The notes beneath the pieces were generated by a model that saw only the letters and a list, made by a program, of their open reading frames with translations, ran no database searches and was not told the DNA's origin. DNA of 30,774 bases from a virus (Duplodnaviria; Heunggongvirae; Uroviricota; Caudoviricetes). The position numbers and the translations under genes were made by a program. This document shows, piece after piece, positions 25,622 through 30,774 of this stretch. Numbering within the stretch: the stretch's first letter is position 1; each line of letters begins with the position of its first letter. Location: the IMG/VR virus record IMGVR_UViG_2609459790_000004; one strand, written 5' to 3'.

Positions 25622-26137
25622 TTATAGGCCGATGTTAGCGCGGTGTTTTTCCAGCACATCCACACCGGCAACTTTGTAGATCATGTTGAGCACATCAACT
25701 TCGATAATCTCTTCGCCGTTGATGGTCAGCTTGTAATAGGTGTTTTTCAGGGTGTACTTATGCGAAGTGTCATCCCCGACTTTTGCCGAACCGGGATCCA
25801 GTTCAGTGAAGCGGCCACGCGTCTGGATTTCGCACGGTACAGCGTCGCCGGTTGCGTCGTCCTGATAGGAGCCAGCAAAACGTGTTTGCATCCCGTCCGC
25901 AGTGGTAACGCCCCATTTTTTCAGCAATCCGGCATCCAGACCGCCAAGCGTGATATCCATATCCAGGGCGCCAGCGTCGAAGCCAAGATCCACCGCAACC
26001 GAACCCGGCATACCACCCGCCTGGTAGTCTTCGGTTTTTTTTGTGAGTTTGGCGGGGGGGATTTCCGGCACCATGCCGAAGTAGTTATCCCCGTCAAAGA
26101 ACATATTGAAATATTTGAGTTTCTTAGGCAGTGCCAT
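25622..26137 (-). CDS. FII: tail tube protein (P2 gpFII-like)
   Basis: 171-aa ORF following the sheath gene; order and size as P2 FII. Confidence 0.9.
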   Translation of the reverse strand: MALPKKLKYFNMFFDGDNYFGMVPEIPPAKLTKKTEDYQAGGMPGSVAVDLGFDAGALDMDITLGGLDAGLLKKWGVTTADGMQTRFAGSYQDDATGDAVPCEIQTRGRFTELDPGSAKVGDDTSHKYTLKNTYYKLTINGEEIIEVDVLNMIYKVAGVDVLEKHRANIGL

Positions 26138-26149
26138 AAGCGCCCCCGG

Positions 26150-27343
26150 TTAGTTATTCACTGCGCTGGAAAACGTAGCGAAATATTCGTCGGTGAACTC
26201 CTGTACCAGGCTGAGATTTTCCAGCGGTGGAACAGGGGTGTAGTTGTACTTAATGGTCAGTTGACCATTGCGCAGGGTTTCCGAGGTATTCGGTTCCGGG
26301 TCATACCAGCAGCTGGCGCCCAGCAGCTTGCCAGCCGTCACATATGAGGTCAGCTTCTTATTGATGCCGTCCACAATGTCCTTAACCAGCGACGGGGTAA
26401 GCGGTTTATCAACATAGGCGAAATGGGCTTCGGCGACGGTATCCGCAACGATCTGCGCGGTTCGGGTATAGCTTTCGAAGATATACGTTTCCGCGTCGCA
26501 GGTACGCGATCCCCAGATGCGGTAGCCGTCCTGCTTGATCAGCGTGGTAACGCCTGCTGCGTTCAGTTCGTCGGCGTCGGTATCGGTGCCCTGCAACGTG
26601 AAATAGATATCCCGATCCATCCCCAGCACGTTATTAACGGGCACGTTGGAAATGGTTTTATGCCAGCCCTGCGTTGCGTCGATTTTGGCTCGCATCCCAA
26701 CAGCATGGGCACCCACGGGCACGGTGGCATTAGCCCCGGCGTTGGTGTCGTAGCAGATGAAATTAGGCCAGATAACCATCATTTCACGCTGGGAGAATTG
26801 CTCGCGGTATTCCTTCACTTCGGCGATTGTGTTGCAACCGTTCGCTGCCACGTAAGCAAACGCGCGCAGCTTTTCGGCAATGACGCCGAGTTGTGCGGCT
26901 ACCGCTTCCGTATCAAGCCCTGGAACAGCCAGTACACGCGGGCGCACACCTACGCGCATTTCGGCAGACAGCAGCGCGTACATGCCGGTAAAGCGCCCGT
27001 TTGCATCGGTGCCGCCAATAACCAGTTGATCCTGGGTCTGTGCGGTGCCGCCTTCTGGCGGTTCGATATTTGCAGCATCAGCAACGCGGATCACAATGGT
27101 TTGCGGGCTGGTCTGGTCTGAAATCGCTTTCAGGGTGGTAAACAGGGTGCCGGTTTTACCTGCCTTGCCCAGCATGTTAGCCACGCGGGTAATCAGTACA
27201 GGGGTATCCAGCGGGAACGCTGTTTCGTCCGCATCATCAGCGGTGCAGACAACGCCGATCACCGCCGAATCAATGTCGGTGATCATCGTGCTAAGGTCGG
27301 TGGTTTCCGTGACGGTTACACCGTGATGGTAGTTAGTGGCCAT
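26150..27343 (-). CDS. FI: tail sheath protein (P2 gpFI-like)
   Basis: 397-aa ORF; N-terminus MATNYHHGVTVTE resembles P2 FI (..YHHGV..); GAGG RBS. Confidence 0.9.
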   Translation of the reverse strand: MATNYHHGVTVTETTDLSTMITDIDSAVIGVVCTADDADETAFPLDTPVLITRVANMLGKAGKTGTLFTTLKAISDQTSPQTIVIRVADAANIEPPEGGTAQTQDQLVIGGTDANGRFTGMYALLSAEMRVGVRPRVLAVPGLDTEAVAAQLGVIAEKLRAFAYVAANGCNTIAEVKEYREQFSQREMMVIWPNFICYDTNAGANATVPVGAHAVGMRAKIDATQGWHKTISNVPVNNVLGMDRDIYFTLQGTDTDADELNAAGVTTLIKQDGYRIWGSRTCDAETYIFESYTRTAQIVADTVAEAHFAYVDKPLTPSLVKDIVDGINKKLTSYVTAGKLLGASCWYDPEPNTSETLRNGQLTIKYNYTPVPPLENLSLVQEFTDEYFATFSSAVNN

Positions 27344-27415
27344 GTATTTGCCTCGCCAGTTTAATGACTGCGAATATCATTGCGGCAATGGCGGGCCGAT
27401 GCGATGGATAAGGGT

Positions 27416-27433
27416 TGTCAGCAACCTGCAACA
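27416..27433. promoter_or_regulatory. Ogr/Delta-type dyad TGT-N12-ACA between divergent FI and D (candidate shared PF/PD activator site)
   Basis: TGTcagcaacctgcaACA; the only such dyad in the 157-bp FI-D intergenic region, 73 bp from FI start and 68 bp from D start. Confidence 0.5.
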
Positions 27434-27500
27434 ATGACGGGGCGTTGTTCATGCGCGCGCGCGTGGCGACGATGTACCCCATCATGATGAAGGGGTTGAT

Positions 27501-28619
27501 ATGGACACGACAGAAAACCGATATTCGCCGCGCCCGGCGTTCAGTATTGAGATTGAAGGTAAGCAGCTTACGGCGCTGGATAACCGGCTGATCTCCCTTT
27601 CCCTGACAGATAACCGGGGCTTTGAAGCGGACACGCTGGATCTGACTCTGGATGATGCAGACGGGCAGGTAGCCTTACCATCACGCGGCGCAAAGATATC
27701 GGTGGCGCTGGGCTGGGATAATGATCCATTGGTTTTTAAGGGCGTGTATACGGTTGACGAGATCGGACACTCTGGCCCGCCTGACCAGCTAACGATCAGT
27801 GCCAGAAGCGCAGATTTCCGCGATACCTTTAACGTGAAGAGGGAATATAGCTGGCACGATATTACCGTGGGGGATGTGGTTGCCAGCATTGCCAGCCGTT
27901 ACGATCTGCGTGCGGGCGTCAGCGAAGAACTGGCGAAGATTGAGATAGATCACGCCGATCAGACGAGTGAATCAGATATCAGCTTCTTAACGCGCATGGC
28001 CGAAATGCTGGGCGCGGTGGCAACCATTAAAAACGGTATGCTTCTGTTTATCACGCCGGGCAAGGGAGTAACGCAGAGCGGCAAGCCGCTGCCGGTGATC
28101 GAGATAGTCCGGTCAAGCGGTGATAAACATCGGTTTAACGTAGCTGACCGCGACGCGTACACGGGCGTAACTGCATACTGGCTTGATCTCAACTTTGGCA
28201 AGAAACCATCCACTACCGTGAAGAAAACCACCCGCAGGCGACGAACCAGCCAGGCCAAAAAGAAAGAACCCGCATCAAGCAAAAAAGAAGGGGATTATCT
28301 GGCCGGGGCCGAAGGCAACGTTTTTGTTATCCGTAAAACCTTCAAGACGGAAAAGGCGGCGAAGCGGGCCGCTGCGGCTAAGTGGCGGGAGTTGCAGCGT
28401 GGAGCGGCGACGTTCAGCATCACCCTGGCGCGTGGCCGCGCGGATTTGTACCCGGAACAGCCCGCCAGCGTCTACGGCTTTAAGTCCACGATCGACAGTG
28501 GGAACTGGACGATAACGCGGTGCGTTCACGATATTGGCGGGGGAGGGTTTACCACATCGCTGGAACTGGAAGTAAAAATCGACGACTGGACAGCGGAGAG
28601 TGACGATTCAACGTCTTAA
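27501..28619 (+). CDS. D: tail protein D (P2 gpD-like)
   Basis: 372-aa ORF; ATG 27501 with GAAGGGG RBS; size and position as P2 D. Confidence 0.9.
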   Translation: MDTTENRYSPRPAFSIEIEGKQLTALDNRLISLSLTDNRGFEADTLDLTLDDADGQVALPSRGAKISVALGWDNDPLVFKGVYTVDEIGHSGPPDQLTISARSADFRDTFNVKREYSWHDITVGDVVASIASRYDLRAGVSEELAKIEIDHADQTSESDISFLTRMAEMLGAVATIKNGMLLFITPGKGVTQSGKPLPVIEIVRSSGDKHRFNVADRDAYTGVTAYWLDLNFGKKPSTTVKKTTRRRRTSQAKKKEPASSKKEGDYLAGAEGNVFVIRKTFKTEKAAKRAAAAKWRELQRGAATFSITLARGRADLYPEQPASVYGFKSTIDSGNWTITRCVHDIGGGGFTTSLELEVKIDDWTAESDDSTS

Positions 28620-28667
28620 GCGTTATACTTGCGTTGATATTAACCAGTCCTGAAAGGAGGCCCGCGT

Positions 28668-28910
28668 ATGGCAATGCGCTGTCCTCGCTGCCGTGCAATA
28701 GCAAAAACCAGAACCAGCGTTGAGCTGAGTTTGCTTGTACGGCGCAGCTATCACCAGTGTCAAAATATGTTGTGCGGGTACTGTTTCACCAGCATGACGG
28801 AAATAGACGGTTCACTAAATCAGACCCAGCCAGCGCCCGGCGCGATGGTGCCACAAGAAGCTTTTCCACGAAGTCACCACGGCGAAGATCAGTTATCGCT
28901 GGCATTATAA
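28668..28910 (+). CDS. ogr: Ogr/Delta-family zinc-finger late transcription activator
   Basis: 80-aa ORF with CPRC...YHQCQNMLCGYCF Cys4 motif matching Ogr; AAGGAGG RBS. Confidence 0.85.
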   Translation: MAMRCPRCRAIAKTRTSVELSLLVRRSYHQCQNMLCGYCFTSMTEIDGSLNQTQPAPGAMVPQEAFPRSHHGEDQLSLAL

Positions 28911-28912
28911 AA

Positions 28913-28933
28913 GCGGCCCCTAAATGGGGCCGT
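28913..28933. terminator. candidate bidirectional intrinsic terminator between convergent ogr and the membrane-protein gene
   Basis: Stem GCGGCCCC / GGGGCCGT with 5-nt loop; T-rich on the plus strand after the stem and U-rich after it on the minus strand. Confidence 0.45.
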
Positions 28934-28936
28934 TAT

Positions 28937-29584
28937 TTATTTCATGTTTATGGCTACAAACCTTGATCGTGTAAGGTTTTCACTTAAATATTGATCGCCA
29001 CTATCCCCGGCCTTTTTGCCCCAGATATCACACGAAGATTCACCGCCCTGAAAAACGTAGCCTTTGGTTAAAATGTCGTTAGTCACATAAATATGATCGA
29101 ATAAACCAGCCTTCCAAGCCCTGTTAGATTCCCCGTGATTGAAATAGCTGATGCATACGGACTGAACGGCACTTTTCGCCTGTAGTTCTTCTATGCTGTC
29201 AAAATTGAATGCAACTACTAAGGCTTTGTTGTAAATGACTGGTTTAACTGTGAGATTCAGATCTCCGAGCGCCTTGGATAAGGCAAGGGGAAGTTGATTA
29301 GTCGCTTCTGAAAAGTCGATAGTGGTTGTTAATTGTTCTTTGGGTTTAGCCGCGGGTTGTGTTTGTTCTGTGTTTGTCACTGCTGGCTGGGGTTTATTTT
29401 CAGCAACAGCTTTCGGCGCGACTGGTGCAACCATTGAACCTATGATTGCTGCCAAGAGGCACACCCCGAAGTAGATAGCAGATGAGCGCTTTCGATTTGG
29501 CATAAAAACCCATTTGGGATTGATTAGCCCAACCCAAAAAGCGATCCCAGCAACAGCGGCGATAACGGTGATGATTGTTTCCAT
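28937..29584 (-). CDS. hypothetical membrane protein (two N-terminal TM helices, Pro/Gln-rich linker, ~150-aa C-terminal domain with two Cys); prophage-end cargo
   Basis: 215-aa ORF, ATG 29584 with GGAGGG RBS; AT-rich relative to surrounding phage genes; no recognisable family. Confidence 0.6.
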   Translation of the reverse strand: METIITVIAAVAGIAFWVGLINPKWVFMPNRKRSSAIYFGVCLLAAIIGSMVAPVAPKAVAENKPQPAVTNTEQTQPAAKPKEQLTTTIDFSEATNQLPLALSKALGDLNLTVKPVIYNKALVVAFNFDSIEELQAKSAVQSVCISYFNHGESNRAWKAGLFDHIYVTNDILTKGYVFQGGESSCDIWGKKAGDSGDQYLSENLTRSRFVAINMK

Positions 29585-29762
29585 TGAGTACCCTCCGTAT
29601 TAAGGCGGGTATTATTGTCGATGGTGCTCAAAAACGGAACAGCCAAGCGCGGTGCGCCTGGCTGCTTCTTTGTCGAAGTGTAGTCAAAATGTAGACGAAG
29701 TTTAGAATAAATCCTTTTATTCCATTATGTTACTGGCTGGATTTCTTCACCATCCCTGTCTT

Positions 29763-29790
29763 CCCCCCCCTGCTGTGGGGGGTTTTTTTT
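29763..29790 (+). terminator. intrinsic terminator upstream of fieF (C8-loop-G6 stem followed by T8)
   Basis: CCCCCCCC TGCTGT GGGGGG TTTTTTTT read directly from sequence; position matches where a cpxP/CpxQ-type terminator would lie if the host flank is cpxP-fieF. Confidence 0.6.
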
Positions 29791-29871
29791 ATCCTCAATT
29801 TGCCTGCTGCTTAATGCATTGCAGATGATTTGCTTCCGTTATACTAGCGTCAGTTGATAGCGGGAGTATTT

Positions 29872-30774
29872 ATGAATCAATCTTATGGACGGCTGGTCAG
29901 TCGGGCGGCGATTGCTGCGACGGCGATGGCTTCGCTGCTATTGCTGATTAAAATTTTTGCATGGTGGTATACCGGGTCGGTGAGTATTCTCGCCGCGCTG
30001 GTGGATTCGCTGGTGGATATCGGCGCGTCGTTGACGAATTTATTGGTGGTGCGATATTCCCTGCAACCTGCCGACGATAATCACTCGTTTGGTCACGGTA
30101 AAGCTGAGTCCCTCGCGGCGCTGGCGCAAAGTATGTTTATCTCCGGTTCGGCACTATTCCTGTTTTTGACGGGTATTCAACATCTGATATCTCCAACACC
30201 GATGACAGATCCAGGCGTCGGGGTTATCGTGACAATTGTGGCGCTAATTTGTACGATTATCCTTGTCTCGTTTCAGCGTTGGGTGGTGCGGCGGACGCAA
30301 AGCCAGGCGGTGCGGGCTGATATGCTACATTACCAGTCTGATGTTATGATGAACGGCGCAATTCTGCTGGCGCTGGGGTTGTCCTGGTACGGCTGGCATC
30401 GCGCCGATGCTCTGTTTGCATTGGGAATCGGCATCTATATTTTATATAGCGCGTTACGCATGGGATATGAGGCGGTACAGTCATTACTGGATCGCGCATT
30501 GCCTGATGAGGAACGGCAAGAAATTATTGATATCGTGACTTCCTGGCCGGGTGTTAGCGGCGCTCACGATCTTCGCACGCGGCAGTCAGGGCCGACCCGC
30601 TTTATTCAGATTCATTTGGAAATGGAAGACTCTCTGCCTTTGGTTCAGGCACATATGGTGGCGGATCAGGTAGAGCAGGCTATTTTACGGCGTTTTCCGG
30701 GATCGGATGTAATTATCCATCAGGACCCCTGTTCCGTCGTACCCAGGGAGGGTAAACGGTCTATGCTTTCATAA
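29872..30774 (+). CDS. fieF: cation diffusion facilitator family ferrous-iron/zinc efflux transporter FieF (YiiP)
   Basis: Translation from ATG 29872 ([49 protein letters not shown]...) matches enterobacterial FieF as I recall it; track ORF begins at an upstream TTG 29854. Confidence 0.95.

Larger units (their letters stand above)
1..29600. mobile_element. P2-like prophage (integration, immunity, replication, head, lysis, tail, tail-fibre, late-control modules); right boundary approximate, left boundary beyond window start
   Basis: Contiguous set of ORFs whose translations resemble P2 Int, C, Cox, A, Q, P, O, N, M, L, X, K, R, S, V, W, J, I, H, U, T, FII, FI, D, Ogr; host gene fieF follows at 29872. 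Confidence 0.85.

Noticed and set aside
1-30774. CRISPR arrays, tRNA or rRNA genes, IS elements
   Set aside because: No regularly spaced direct repeats, no cloverleaf-like or rRNA-like sequence, and no transposase-like ORF were seen; the only recombinases are the integrase and the invertase.

Overview
Nearly the whole window (1 to ~29.6 kb) is one complete P2-like (Peduovirus-type) prophage, ending next to the host ferrous-iron efflux gene fieF (29872-30774). All calls rest on my reading of the supplied ORF translations and raw sequence; no database search was run. Gene order: int, C repressor, cox, four small early ORFs, an orphan Dam methylase, a 59-aa coupled ORF, replication initiator A, a small orf91-like ORF, cos, then Q-P (leftward) and O-N-M-L-X-holin-endolysin-spanins-R-S-V-W-J-I-H (rightward). 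Downstream of H is a Hin/Gin/Cin-type invertible tail-fibre segment with its serine invertase, then U-T-E/E'-FII-FI on the minus strand (inverted relative to canonical P2), then D, ogr, and a two-TM cargo protein before the host junction. I found no CRISPR array, tRNA or rRNA. I see no convincing multi-gene novel system; the most notable items are the invertible tail-fibre switch, the inverted tail-gene block with a single shared Ogr dyad, a pair of paralogous terminator-like hairpins showing compensatory changes, and the unknown membrane protein at the right prophage end.
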